Source of the DNA: Candidatus Moraniibacteriota bacterium
Lineage (GTDB): Bacteria > Patescibacteriota > Minisyncoccia > Moranbacterales > GCA-2747515
Assembly (NCBI GenBank): GCA_040772365.1
Contig: JAXGYI010000006.1
Coordinates: 4,014 to 68,013, forward strand
Direction: 5' to 3'
DNA length: 64,000 nt
The translations under genes were made by a program, and so were the position numbers. Below, piece by piece: positions 10,010 to 20,320 of this stretch. The first letter of the stretch is position 1; every line of letters starts with the position of its first letter. Below the pieces are notes generated by a model, which ran no database searches, was not told where the DNA came from, and saw nothing but the letters and a program-made list of their open reading frames with translations.

Positions 10010-12717
10010 AGAAGACGGCGTAAGCGACGAATAGCTGCTGTCAGCTCCTGCTCTTTGGCACGCGCATCAGCAAGTTTTGTGCGCTCCCTGTTCACGACAG
10101 CTGGAGGAGCCTTCGTGGTAAATGCTTCGTTGGAGAGTTTTTTTGTTAATGTTGCAATGTAGGAAGTGACCGCTGTTAACTCTTTTTCTTTTTTCTCTTT
10201 TTCTCCTGCTGCATCTAATGCTGTGTGTGCGTCCAGCGCAATGGTAATGCCGTGCTCTGTCGTTGTTGTCAGGGATTTACGTGCAGGAGCGTCTTTCGTT
10301 ACAATGGCGTTGACAATATTTGTACGCATGCCAGCAATAATAGGCATGTGGCGCTCAATGATGTCATGTAGCGCTGCATCACAGTGAAGGGTGCAAGGGA
10401 TTTTTTTATTTGGCGCAATGCCTTGCTCTTGACGTAGCGTGCGAATTGCTGTGATGACACCAATCACCAAGTCAGCGGCGCGACTGTGCTGTTCGCGATC
10501 CGCGAGGAGTGGTAAGTAGGCATCTTCTGTCGGATAATCTGTTGTAATAAGAAGTTTGTCAGATTCTGTGCGAAATGCACCCCAGAGCTCTTCTGTGACA
10601 AACGGAATGATCGGGTGCCATAGTGCAAGGAGGTGTGTAAAAATGGCACGTAGTACGGCATTTTTTGCAACAGTGTTATGTTCAAATTTAGCTGCTTCAA
10701 TATACCAGTCTGCAAAATCATGCCATGTGAATGTCGTGAGCGTGTCGATGGCTTGTGCAAAACGATCAGCAGCAAAGTCTGCACGCACAGAAGCAATGGT
10801 GTCATGCATCTTACCAAGAATCATGACATCAAAATCTGTGAGATCATCGACAGTTGGTGCGTGGCGTGGCGGATTTTGAGTAATACGCTTTGAGATAAAA
10901 CGTCCGATGTTCCATAGTTTATTGACAAAGTTCCGCGCGCCAACAACTTTCTCTTCATAGTAGTGTGAGTCATTACCGGACGTAATGCCGGTAAGGAGAC
11001 TTAAACGAAGGGCATCGGTGCCATAGCGGATGCCGATTTCCAGAGGATCGATATTGTTGCCAGCAGATTTTGAGAATTTCTTTCCAGATCGATCACATAG
11101 CATCCCATGGATATAGGCCGATCGGAATGGAATGGTATCAAGAGTATATGTGCTCATGAGAATCATCCGCGCCATCCAGAAAAAGAGAATCTCATGCCCC
11201 ATCTGTATCCATGTTGTAGGGTGAAATGTACGAAAGTCTACGGTGTTCTCAGGCCAGCCAAGCGTGGAAAATGTCCATAGCCCAGAAGAGAACCATGTAT
11301 CTAGCGTGTCGTCATCCTGCGTCAGGGTTGTTGCGGCACACGTTGCACATGCGCGCGGTGCTTGTGTGGCGCAGGTCATATGTCCGCTAGGGCAATACCA
11401 TACCGGAATGCGATGTCCCCACCAAATTTGTCGTGAAATGGACCAGTCGCGTAAATTGTCAATCCAGTGGAGGTAATTTTTTGTAAAACGTTGTGGCGTG
11501 ATTGTGATTTTTTGCGCAGGATCGTTGTTGTGTCCAACGGTGACAGCATTGCGCATGAGATCTTTTAGAGACACGTTACGACCGGGAATCTTTTTATTTA
11601 CATCCACAAACCACTGTGTCATCGGAAGTGCCTCTACAACATCCTTGAAACGATCAGAGATGCCGACATTTTGTGTAATATCTTCTTCTTTTTGGAGGAG
11701 TTTATTGGTGCGCAGCCATGCGACAAATTTTTCACGGGCCTCTGCAACAGTGAGTCCTGCATAAGCGCGACCAGATGCAGCAGTCATTGTGCCATTCGTG
11801 TCAATAACCTGAATGAGATCAATCGGATCACCGAGTGCTTTCTGTTTTTCGTACATGTCAAAATCTACAGCGCTGTGCGCCGGCGTAACACCGAGTGCAC
11901 CAGTGCCAAACGTCGGATCAACATCGTGTGATGCGATTACCTTGATGGTGAGCGGTTGTGCCGATCCCACATCTACAGTGAAGGTTTGTCCAATGTACTT
12001 GTTATAGCGTGTATCACGTGGGTGTACAGCGACTGCAGTATCGCCAAGCTTGGTTTCCGGACGTGTTGTGGAGATGGCAATAGGAAAGTCCGCGCTGTAA
12101 CGAAATGTGTAGAGAGTTGCTGTGCGCTCAACATGCTCTACTTCATCATCGGAACATGTGGACTGACCAGTAACTGACCAGTTTACGACACGATGACCAC
12201 GATAAATTAAGCCGTCATCGTACATTTTTTTGAATACAGCATTAACGGCATTGCTACGAGGTTCATCAAAAGTATAGGCCAGTCGACTCCAATCACAACT
12301 TGTGCCCATTGCGCGGATTTGAGAGAGAATGATCGATTTGGACTCCTCTGCATACGTGCGAATTTCTTGGAGCAGTGCATCGCGACCAAGCTCTGTACGT
12401 GGGTGTGTCATGCCGCGATCCATTAGAATACGTTCAACCTTTGCCTGCGTGGCAATGGCAGCATGATCAGTACCGGGGAGGAGCAGTGTTTTGTAACCGT
12501 GCATGCGTGCCCATCGTACTTTGGCATCCATGATGCTATTTTCCAATGCGTGCCCGAGGTGGAGGACGCCTGTGACGTTAGGGGGTGGCATCATCACGCA
12601 AAAGGGATCACTTCCTGTTGCGTGATCGGGACTATATGCGCCAGATTTCTCCCACATCTTATAGAGGCGTCGTTCCGCATCAATGGCATCAAAGTGTGTT
12701 GGTAGACTTTTTGACAT
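10006..12717 (-). CDS. valS: Valine--tRNA ligase
   Basis: PPPNVTG.LHLGH, DWSISRQIWWGHRIP, LDTWFSS, KFSKS, C-terminal coiled coil. Confidence 0.97.
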   Translation of the reverse strand: MSKSLPTHFDAIDAERRLYKMWEKSGAYSPDHATGSDPFCVMMPPPNVTGVLHLGHALENSIMDAKVRWARMHGYKTLLLPGTDHAAIATQAKVERILMDRGMTHPRTELGRDALLQEIRTYAEESKSIILSQIRAMGTSCDWSRLAYTFDEPRSNAVNAVFKKMYDDGLIYRGHRVVNWSVTGQSTCSDDEVEHVERTATLYTFRYSADFPIAISTTRPETKLGDTAVAVHPRDTRYNKYIGQTFTVDVGSAQPLTIKVIASHDVDPTFGTGALGVTPAHSAVDFDMYEKQKALGDPIDLIQVIDTNGTMTAASGRAYAGLTVAEAREKFVAWLRTNKLLQKEEDITQNVGISDRFKDVVEALPMTQWFVDVNKKIPGRNVSLKDLMRNAVTVGHNNDPAQKITITPQRFTKNYLHWIDNLRDWSISRQIWWGHRIPVWYCPSGHMTCATQAPRACATCAATTLTQDDDTLDTWFSSGLWTFSTLGWPENTVDFRTFHPTTWIQMGHEILFFWMARMILMSTYTLDTIPFRSAYIHGMLCDRSGKKFSKSAGNNIDPLEIGIRYGTDALRLSLLTGITSGNDSHYYEEKVVGARNFVNKLWNIGRFISKRITQNPPRHAPTVDDLTDFDVMILGKMHDTIASVRADFAADRFAQAIDTLTTFTWHDFADWYIEAAKFEHNTVAKNAVLRAIFTHLLALWHPIIPFVTEELWGAFRTESDKLLITTDYPTEDAYLPLLADREQHSRAADLVIGVITAIRTLRQEQGIAPNKKIPCTLHCDAALHDIIERHMPIIAGMRTNIVNAIVTKDAPARKSLTTTTEHGITIALDAHTALDAAGEKEKKEKELTAVTSYIATLTKKLSNEAFTTKAPPAVVNRERTKLADARAKEQELTAAIRRLRRLL

Positions 12718-12786
12718 AGGGAGATGTAGAAAAGAGATAGTGTACTGCATGCAGTGTAGCAAGAATAGCAGTGTTTTTCAATATAG

Positions 12787-13884
12787 CTAAAATGATGTGT
12801 CACTACGAGGAAGTGTATCTGTGGCACGGGCATGTAGTGTGCGCCACGTATCTGTGTAGCGCGTTGTGTCAGTTGTCGCAGTGTAACGGTAATAGGCTGC
12901 TGTGGCGATCATGGCGGCATTGTCGCCGCAGTATATCTGTGCGGGACAGAAAAAACGTACGTTTGGTAACTGTTCTGTAAGGGTGGCGCGTAGGTGCGTG
13001 CGCAGATGTCTATTAGCGCTGACACCACCGGCAAGCACAACAGTGCGTGCAGCATACATCCGCGCTGCGCGGATAGTTTTTTTGATCAAAACATCACAGG
13101 CTGCTTCTTGAAAAGCGTGAGCCACGGCATTGACGAAGTCAGGAGGTAGTGGTGTGTGTTGCGTGTATTGCTGCGTTGCACGAAACTCTTTGACAGTATA
13201 GAGCACGGCAGTTTTAAGACCAGAAAATGAAAAATCATATCCAGGCGTTTGCAGCATCGGACGAGGTAGTGTGAAGGGGTTTGCGCGTTGCAGTGTAGTA
13301 AATGCATCGGCATGTGTAGCAATGGCGGGGCCGCCAGGGTAGCCAAGTTCAAGAATGCGTGCCACTTTGTCAAATGCCTCGCCGACGGCATCGTCTTGTG
13401 TTTGCCCGACAATGTCGTAAACACAGTGATCGTGCATCATGACAAGTTGTGTGTGTCCACCAGAAACGACAAGTGCTAGCACAGGAAAAATGATCTCTGT
13501 TGCATGATCAATCCAGTTAGCATAGATATGTCCCTCAATATGGTGTATGCCAATGAGGGGTTTGCGCCACGCGTAGGCCAGTGTTTTTGCGGCAGCAACA
13601 CCGGTGAGAAGTGCAGGGATGAGACCGGGACGATTGGCCACTGCGATCATATCGATTGCGGGGGGTTGCACGGAGGCATCAGCAAGGGCAGTGGTAATGA
13701 TGGGGATGAGGTTTTTAGTGTGCTCTCGTGCAGCAAGGTTGGGCACAACACCGCCCCATGGTGCGTGAATTTTCACCTGGGACGCTACGATGGAACTTTC
13801 CACATCTATAGAGGACATATCTGTTGCAGTAACAACACTTGCTGCCGTCTCATCGCAGGTTGTTTCAATGCCAAGAATACGCAT
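12787..13884 (-). CDS. tsaD: tRNA N6-threonylcarbamoyladenosine transferase TsaD
   Basis: ILGIETTCDET, HHIEGH, VSGGHT, DDAVGEAFDK, FSFSGLKT, DNAAMI. Confidence 0.97.
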   Translation of the reverse strand: MRILGIETTCDETAASVVTATDMSSIDVESSIVASQVKIHAPWGGVVPNLAAREHTKNLIPIITTALADASVQPPAIDMIAVANRPGLIPALLTGVAAAKTLAYAWRKPLIGIHHIEGHIYANWIDHATEIIFPVLALVVSGGHTQLVMMHDHCVYDIVGQTQDDAVGEAFDKVARILELGYPGGPAIATHADAFTTLQRANPFTLPRPMLQTPGYDFSFSGLKTAVLYTVKEFRATQQYTQHTPLPPDFVNAVAHAFQEAACDVLIKKTIRAARMYAARTVVLAGGVSANRHLRTHLRATLTEQLPNVRFFCPAQIYCGDNAAMIATAAYYRYTATTDTTRYTDTWRTLHARATDTLPRSDTSF

Positions 13885-13953
13885 AGGTACTTGCTAAAAA
13901 AGGAAAATCGGGTAGTCTGAAAGTGTTTCTATTCTAGGTGTTTTTTGGACTTT

Positions 13954-14568
13954 ATGCAACGCACTACCGCAGTACGTGGACAGGTGACGCCGCAGATGTG
14001 TAATGCAGTCGGTAATGATGCTGCAATTATTGCACGTGTACGCGCAGGTGAGGAATACTATTTTTCGTGCATCATCATGCGCTATGAACGAAAATTACGT
14101 GCGTATGTGGCGCAGCTTGCTCCGCGCCGCGATGATGTAGATGATATTGTGCAGACGGTTTTTATTAAGGCACTAGATCGCCTCGAGACATTTGATGCTC
14201 GGAGAAAATTTTCACCGTGGCTCTATCGTATCGCACACAATGAAACAATGAACTGGCTTAATGCGCACACACGACGACGGACAGTGTCGCTGGATGATCC
14301 GGACCTTACTGAGCATGCACAAGCCGATCACGATACAGCAACAGCCTTGGATGAGTGGATTGCGACGGAATTACGTGGTGCGCTACATGATGCCGTAGGG
14401 GACTTGCCAGAACAGTATGCTTCTGTGATCCGCATGTACTACTTTGAGGAGATGTCTTATAAAGATATTGCCGTTGCATTGCAGAAGCCCGTAGGCAGCA
14501 TTGGCACACTGCTGCATCGTGCAAAGAAACGCTTGCTCACGAACGTCATACGGTCAAGGGAATTGTAA
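13954..14568 (+). CDS. ECF RNA polymerase sigma factor (SigW-like)
   Basis: Region 2 DDIVQ.VF..A...FSPWLYRIAHN; region 4 LP..Y...MSY..IA..L....G.I...L.RA. Confidence 0.92.
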   Translation: MQRTTAVRGQVTPQMCNAVGNDAAIIARVRAGEEYYFSCIIMRYERKLRAYVAQLAPRRDDVDDIVQTVFIKALDRLETFDARRKFSPWLYRIAHNETMNWLNAHTRRRTVSLDDPDLTEHAQADHDTATALDEWIATELRGALHDAVGDLPEQYASVIRMYYFEEMSYKDIAVALQKPVGSIGTLLHRAKKRLLTNVIRSREL

Positions 14569-14633
14569 AATATGTAGCCTTTTTTTTGTAAATACGTTAC
14601 ACTTTCAAAAGTGTATATAAGCTATAAAGTACT

Positions 14634-15704
14634 ATGGATATCCAAGCACAGTTGCGCGATGACAAAAAACGCATTGACAGAGCATTGGAGGCGTTTCTTG
14701 TAGATGTGGAAAAGGAAACGCGTACTAAAGATGCTTTTATGGCAGATGCTGTAGCGTATCTGGCGAAAACGATACGTGCTGGCGGTAAACGCATTCGGCC
14801 AATCATGGTATGTTGGGGATATCGTGCTATGGGGGGAACACAGGAGGATGCGATTGTTCGTGCATCCATTAGTATTGAACTGATTCATGCATTTCTCTTA
14901 ATGCATGATGATATCATTGACCGTGATCACTTGCGGCGTGGCATGCCGACGGTACATGCTCACTATGCCAATCACTTTCGTGCACTTTTTGGCGCAGAGC
15001 AAGCCGATCATTTTGGTATGGCAATGGGTATTGTGATGGGTGACTTCACCTATTCTCTTGGCAATCGTGCACTGTTTATGGCGCAGTTCTCACCTGACAT
15101 TGTGGTGCGTGCACTACAGAGCTTGCAGGACGTTGTGGGCCTGACTGTTGTCGGAGAGATGCAGGATGTGCGCATGGGATATACGAGAGATGCTACTGTA
15201 CAGGATATTATGGCGATGTATGAAAACAAAACAGCGCGCTATACGTTTGAGGGTCCGCTGAAGCTTGGAAGTATTTTGGCTGGAGCAGACGATGCAGCGT
15301 GTGCACAGTGGGAAAAATACGCCGTGCCGCTTGGAATCGCTTTTCAGATTCGTGACGATGTTCTTGGTATTTTTGGTGACGAGAAAAAAACTGGCAAGCC
15401 TGTGGGATCAGATATTGCGGAAGGGAAGATGACGCTTTTGGTGCGTGTGGCGCTGGATCGCGCTACTGCAGCGCAGCGTGATCAATTGACAGCGATTTTA
15501 CACAAGGGTGACATGCTGACAGCTGACGACATTACGCAATACCGTACGCTGTTGAAAGAAACACAGGCGTGTGCATATGTGCAGCAGCGCATGGATGCAC
15601 TGATTGATGATGCGCATGCTGCACTGCAGGATCTTCCAGTTGCCGCATCGGCTAAGGTATTTCTCTCTGGTGTGGCGGATTATGTGCGTATGCGCGACCT
15701 CTAA
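14634..15704 (+). CDS. Polyprenyl diphosphate synthase (GGPP/FPP-type)
   Basis: GGKRIRP, HDDIIDRD.LRRG, KTA.Y, FQIRDD, GK..GSD..EGK. Confidence 0.93.
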   Translation: MDIQAQLRDDKKRIDRALEAFLVDVEKETRTKDAFMADAVAYLAKTIRAGGKRIRPIMVCWGYRAMGGTQEDAIVRASISIELIHAFLLMHDDIIDRDHLRRGMPTVHAHYANHFRALFGAEQADHFGMAMGIVMGDFTYSLGNRALFMAQFSPDIVVRALQSLQDVVGLTVVGEMQDVRMGYTRDATVQDIMAMYENKTARYTFEGPLKLGSILAGADDAACAQWEKYAVPLGIAFQIRDDVLGIFGDEKKTGKPVGSDIAEGKMTLLVRVALDRATAAQRDQLTAILHKGDMLTADDITQYRTLLKETQACAYVQQRMDALIDDAHAALQDLPVAASAKVFLSGVADYVRMRDL

Positions 15705-15729
15705 TTTTATAGTAGTAATACACATAATT

Positions 15730-16455
15730 ATGACACAGCGATCAGATTATCGCGATAGCACCGTCCCGCGTCACGTTGCTATTATCCCCGACGGCAATCG
15801 CCGATGGGCGTCGCTGCGCGGTATGGATCCGTGGATTGGACACGAACAAGGTGCACAGCGCATCGAAGAACTTGCTTCTGCGGCGCGTGACATGGGGATT
15901 ACGCATCTATCATTTTGGGGGTCGTCCATGGAAAATTTAACCAAGCGACCACTCTTGGAGCGCAAGGCATTGATGAATGTCTATGAAAAATATTTCACGA
16001 AACTGATGCACGATCCGTCAGTTGTACGAGATGAGGTGCGCATTCGTGTGTGTGGGTACTGGCGTGAGGTGCTGCCGGAAAAACTCGTTCGCGTTTTAGA
16101 TGGGGGTATAGCCGCCACAGCACAACATACACGTCACCATCTTACATTTTTTTTAAACTACAGCGGTGATTATGAAATGGTGGAGGCAGTACGTGCAATG
16201 ATTGTTGGCGGTGTGCCGGCACACACTGTTTCTGCTGCGACACTGAAGGCGCACCTGCTCACGGCAGACTTGCCGCCGGTGGATTTCCTGATTCGCACAG
16301 GAGGTGAGCCCCATCTCAGTGCGGGGTTTCTGATGTGGGATATAGCAAATGCGCAGCTGTATTTTGATGATGTGCTATTTCCGGATTTTGATGTAGCGCA
16401 TTTGCAAACTGCGCTAGATGACTATGCGCGGCGCACACGGCGATTAGGAAAGTAG
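15730..16455 (+). CDS. uppS: Undecaprenyl diphosphate synthase
   Basis: PRHVAIIPDGNRRWA, S.EN..R, DFLIRTGGE. Confidence 0.95.
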   Translation: MTQRSDYRDSTVPRHVAIIPDGNRRWASLRGMDPWIGHEQGAQRIEELASAARDMGITHLSFWGSSMENLTKRPLLERKALMNVYEKYFTKLMHDPSVVRDEVRIRVCGYWREVLPEKLVRVLDGGIAATAQHTRHHLTFFLNYSGDYEMVEAVRAMIVGGVPAHTVSAATLKAHLLTADLPPVDFLIRTGGEPHLSAGFLMWDIANAQLYFDDVLFPDFDVAHLQTALDDYARRTRRLGK

Positions 16456-16659
16456 GTACCTATATTTTTCGATCGTAGATTCAGAGAATATTTTTGCATG
16501 CATACGAGAGCATTTCGATTGATACATTCAAAGCGTTTGAGTGGTTACTCCTCACGATGTGGATAACACATCCTTACGCAGTACGTGCATTATTTTGCAC
16601 GATGGTGTATAATGAAAACTGTAAAAACAAAAATGACATAGAATGGAGGTGATACGAAC

Positions 16660-17058
16660 ATGAAAAAAGGTTTTACGCTTATCGAGCTCCTTATCGTGAT
16701 CGCAATCATCGGTATCTTGGCATCCATTGTCTTGGTATCGCTGAACAGCGCACGTCAGAAGGCGCGTATTGCGGCAGCAAAATCCTCCATTTCTTCCACG
16801 GTCCCCGGAGCGGTGATGTGTGCAGATGATGGTGGTATCCTCCAGGCACCTAATGCAGCGACGGGCGGAGGTGCAATGTGTGATACGGACGACAGTACAG
16901 CTTGGCCGGAGTTAGGTGATGGTGCTACGTGGAATACAACTATTGAACCAAACTCTTTGACGAATAGTGATTTCAAGTATACAGCAACAATTCAGACTAG
17001 TGACGGTGACTGTACAGCAACGTGTACTGCCACAGGTTGCTCGTTTGATAACTGCTAA
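16660..17058 (+). CDS. Type IV major pilin
   Basis: [21 protein letters not shown] prepilin motif, C-terminal Cys residues, strong SD GGAGGTG. Confidence 0.92.
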   Translation: MKKGFTLIELLIVIAIIGILASIVLVSLNSARQKARIAAAKSSISSTVPGAVMCADDGGILQAPNAATGGGAMCDTDDSTAWPELGDGATWNTTIEPNSLTNSDFKYTATIQTSDGDCTATCTATGCSFDNC

Positions 17059-17138
17059 TGTTGTGATGAACTGCCTCACTTGCTATTTTTCATATAAAAT
17101 GGCAAGTGAAAGGATTTTTTCACTATAGCGAATTCAAT

Positions 17139-17936
17139 ATGTTTGTTGCGGCACTCCTCTTCGTTTTTGGTGGAATTGTTGGTAGTTTTTGCAATGTGCT
17201 CATCTATCGTCTACACAGCGGTGATGATTTTGTATATACGCGATCACGGTGTCGCGCATGTAAGAAGCACATTGCATGGTACGATAATGTTCCCGTAGTG
17301 AGTTTTATACTCTTGCGGGGAGTGTGTCGGCGGTGTGGCGTGCGAATTGCATGGCAGTACCCACTTGTAGAGATTGTTGTGGCGATACTTTTTGGTGTTG
17401 TGGGGTTTTTCTTTGCGATAGGATCTATTGTGTCTGTTGTGGCGACTGCAATGATTGCGCTTTCTTGTGCAGGCTTAGTAGTAGTGTTTGTCTATGATGC
17501 GCGACACATGGAGATCCCTATGGGCGTAATGTGGGCAGTGATTGGGTTTTTGATCGTAGCAAACGGCAGTACGGATGTGGCAAGTGGAGCGTTTACGCAC
17601 GGGCTTTTACACACTGCCACGGTGACGCACGGCCTATCTGCTCTGGCCGCATTCTGCTTTTTCTTTGCACTCAGTTACATATCAGATGAAACGTGGATGG
17701 GATACGGTGATGCATTCGTAGCGATTGCCGTAGGTCTCCTCTGCGGTCCCATTGGAACATTTGTCGCGCTTCTGATCGCATTTTGCATTGGGTCGGTGTA
17801 CGGTATCAGTCTCACGCTACTCAAACGTGCCACGATGAAATCTGCTGTACCCTTTGGTCCATTTCTCATCATTGGCGCGATCACGACATTTATACTTGTA
17901 CACAGCGGTGTGCAGTTTGATTTTTTGGGAATGTAA
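17139..17936 (+). CDS. pilD: Prepilin peptidase
   Basis: GSFCNV.IYR, CxxC...CxxC, MGYGD, PFGPF. Confidence 0.93.
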   Translation: MFVAALLFVFGGIVGSFCNVLIYRLHSGDDFVYTRSRCRACKKHIAWYDNVPVVSFILLRGVCRRCGVRIAWQYPLVEIVVAILFGVVGFFFAIGSIVSVVATAMIALSCAGLVVVFVYDARHMEIPMGVMWAVIGFLIVANGSTDVASGAFTHGLLHTATVTHGLSALAAFCFFFALSYISDETWMGYGDAFVAIAVGLLCGPIGTFVALLIAFCIGSVYGISLTLLKRATMKSAVPFGPFLIIGAITTFILVHSGVQFDFLGM

Positions 17937-18164
17937 TACGGATCGTTCAGAAAGAAAAGCACCTTGTTATTTCGGGACGTGTTTCGGATCTTCGCTTACA
18001 GAGATGCTTGAGATACGTTTAGTTATGACATGCGGATAAGATCCGAGCCGACAATGAGGATTTAGCATGGCACTGAGGTGGTGGGGACTAATCCACAGTT
18101 GCCGTGGTGTGTTGCGAGAGAATGTGATATACTATACATGATAAATCAAAAATACAAACAGCAC

Positions 18165-18845
18165 ATGGCATATCAATTTAAAAATCGTCGGGGCTTCTCT
18201 TTTATGGAGCTAATTATTGTGATTGCCATTATCATGATCATGACATTTGTGATGTTGGTGATGTCAATGAGAGACCGGGAGAAGAAGAAGTTTGAAGCAG
18301 CTGGCCGTGAAGTTGCAGCGGCCGTGCGTGAGGCACAAAACAATGCTTTAACAGGGAAACAAAAAGATAACAACTCTCTGCCTTGTGCAATGATGTTTTA
18401 TACAGATAGTAACGAGTTTAGCGTTATAGGGTCATTTCGTACATTAGACAGTTCTTGCGGAAGCGATACAGATATTCGTAGCTATGCAATGGATAGTCCT
18501 TTTATGGCTAGTGCACTTTCGCCACGCAACCTTAAGATGCAAATGTATAACTATGATGAAGACGCAGATAGCGGTCGTATGCCAGCTCAGGATAAACAGT
18601 TTATTATTTTTACAGTACCCTATGGTAAGTATATTGATAACTTAGGCGTAAGGCCTGGTGAATTAAATAGCACAAGTCGCGGTACAGAAATTCATATTTT
18701 AGATATTACCGACACTGCCAGTAATCCAGAAAAAATGTTCTATCGTATCTGCGTGCATCCAACAGGCTTAATTGAAGATATGGGGATCATTGAACCAGGA
18801 AATGCTAATGCGGCAGGGAAGGTGTGTTTATTTAAGACCATCTAA
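18165..18845 (+). CDS. Minor pilin (FimU/GspH-like)
   Basis: RRG/FSFMELIIVI class III signal; REAQN.A motif. Confidence 0.85.
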   Translation: MAYQFKNRRGFSFMELIIVIAIIMIMTFVMLVMSMRDREKKKFEAAGREVAAAVREAQNNALTGKQKDNNSLPCAMMFYTDSNEFSVIGSFRTLDSSCGSDTDIRSYAMDSPFMASALSPRNLKMQMYNYDEDADSGRMPAQDKQFIIFTVPYGKYIDNLGVRPGELNSTSRGTEIHILDITDTASNPEKMFYRICVHPTGLIEDMGIIEPGNANAAGKVCLFKTI

Positions 18846-18863
18846 GTTCCTATATCATATAAT

Positions 18864-19541
18864 GTGAAAAATAGTACTATGCTACAATGTGCTGCTCGTA
18901 AAGGGTTTTCTATTGCCGAGGTTTTAGTGGCGATGTTTATTTTATTAATAGGTATTGTGGACGTTATCTATCTTACAGGTCGCGGCGTAACGGAGACGCG
19001 CAGTGCCACAAATGCTGTGATTGCCACCATGCTTGCACAGGAGGGGACGGAGTTTGTACGCAATGTGCGAGATAATAACGTGACGCAAACCGATTGCGGA
19101 TCAGGCAGCGAACGATGTACAGCATTTTATAGATACTTTCCCAATGTCGCCGGGGGCGCCATGACTAATTTTTGTACGATCAGTGTGGCTGGATCTGGTG
19201 GTGATCCCATGACGTGTAGCGGTGTTTCCAGCGGCAGTGGTGATGCATTATTTATCAACGAGGCTACTGGCCTGTATCAACATCAGCACGCAGGAAATCA
19301 GACAACACCTTTTCGTAGGCGTATCTATATTCAATACACTATGACTAACGGAGATCCGCTAGATCAAACAAGCTCACATTTAGTGGCAGACGTGACGAGC
19401 GTGGTGTTGTTTAGCGGGAAAGAATTCGACACTCTTGATATGCACGGGGGTATTGGCGCTGTCGAGGAATGGTGCAAAATTGGCGCAGATTGTGCATTTG
19501 CGCAAACGCGCTTGACATCATGGATTAATTATGACAACTAA
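18864..19541 (+). CDS. Minor pilin (PilV-like)
   Basis: KG/FSIAEVLVAM; A..LAQEG.E.VRN.RD. Confidence 0.85.
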   Translation: MKNSTMLQCAARKGFSIAEVLVAMFILLIGIVDVIYLTGRGVTETRSATNAVIATMLAQEGTEFVRNVRDNNVTQTDCGSGSERCTAFYRYFPNVAGGAMTNFCTISVAGSGGDPMTCSGVSSGSGDALFINEATGLYQHQHAGNQTTPFRRRIYIQYTMTNGDPLDQTSSHLVADVTSVVLFSGKEFDTLDMHGGIGAVEEWCKIGADCAFAQTRLTSWINYDN

Positions 19542-19546
19542 GGACG

Positions 19547-20284
19547 ATGATTATGTATATGCGCACTAGGTGGTATAAAAAGGAAAAGGGATTCACTCTT
19601 GTAGAAATGATTATTGCAGTGTTTATTTTTCTCATGGTGATCTTAGCACTGGTAACGCTTTTTGCAGCGCAGATGCGGGCGTACATGCACGCACGTAGTG
19701 GACAGAAAGACTTGGAAAATGCACAGTTTGCACTTAATTACCTCGGCAAGTCACTGCGCACAGCAACACTTGTTGGTGCCGATGGGCGATCTCTTCAGCG
19801 TATGCAGATTCAACAGGGACTTGGTAATGACTTCTGGAATTTTCACATGTCTATGGATAGGCCGGGAAAAACATTAGTGTTCTATGACTTTTCACAGGAT
19901 TTATGTATGCGCCTCTTTGTTAAGGAGCGTGCAGATGGTTTAGGATCCGCGCTCTTTCTTCAGGAGGCAGCAAATAAACCTCAAGGAAGTACCGGTGGTC
20001 TTATGATTGCATATGATCGCACAGATGTCTGCATGGATCCCCGAGTTTACTCAGATTATTTTGACTATCGTGAGACACGTCTCACGAGTGGCGATGTTGA
20101 TGTCAATGTATGGGTTGCACCGACGCGCTCTACGGATATTTTTCGAGGCAGGCAAACAAACACCATCGGACGTGCTACAATCACGCTGAAAGTATGGCCA
20201 CTCAATCATAAGGATGACGATAAGCCAATGTATATTCAAACTACAGCATCGCTACGCGACTATCCACGCGACATGAGTTATTAA
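19547..20284 (+). CDS. Minor pilin (PilW-like)
   Basis: KG/FTLVEMIIAV; C-terminal QTT.SLR. Confidence 0.85.
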   Translation: MIMYMRTRWYKKEKGFTLVEMIIAVFIFLMVILALVTLFAAQMRAYMHARSGQKDLENAQFALNYLGKSLRTATLVGADGRSLQRMQIQQGLGNDFWNFHMSMDRPGKTLVFYDFSQDLCMRLFVKERADGLGSALFLQEAANKPQGSTGGLMIAYDRTDVCMDPRVYSDYFDYRETRLTSGDVDVNVWVAPTRSTDIFRGRQTNTIGRATITLKVWPLNHKDDDKPMYIQTTASLRDYPRDMSY

Positions 20285-20320
20285 TATAAAAAAGTAAAAG
20301 CATAACATCATCTTTATCGT

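Noticed and set aside
16558-16566. DnaA boxes (TGTGGATAA here, TTATCCACA at 31041-31049) as oriC
   Set aside because: Isolated single boxes, with no cluster or dnaA nearby
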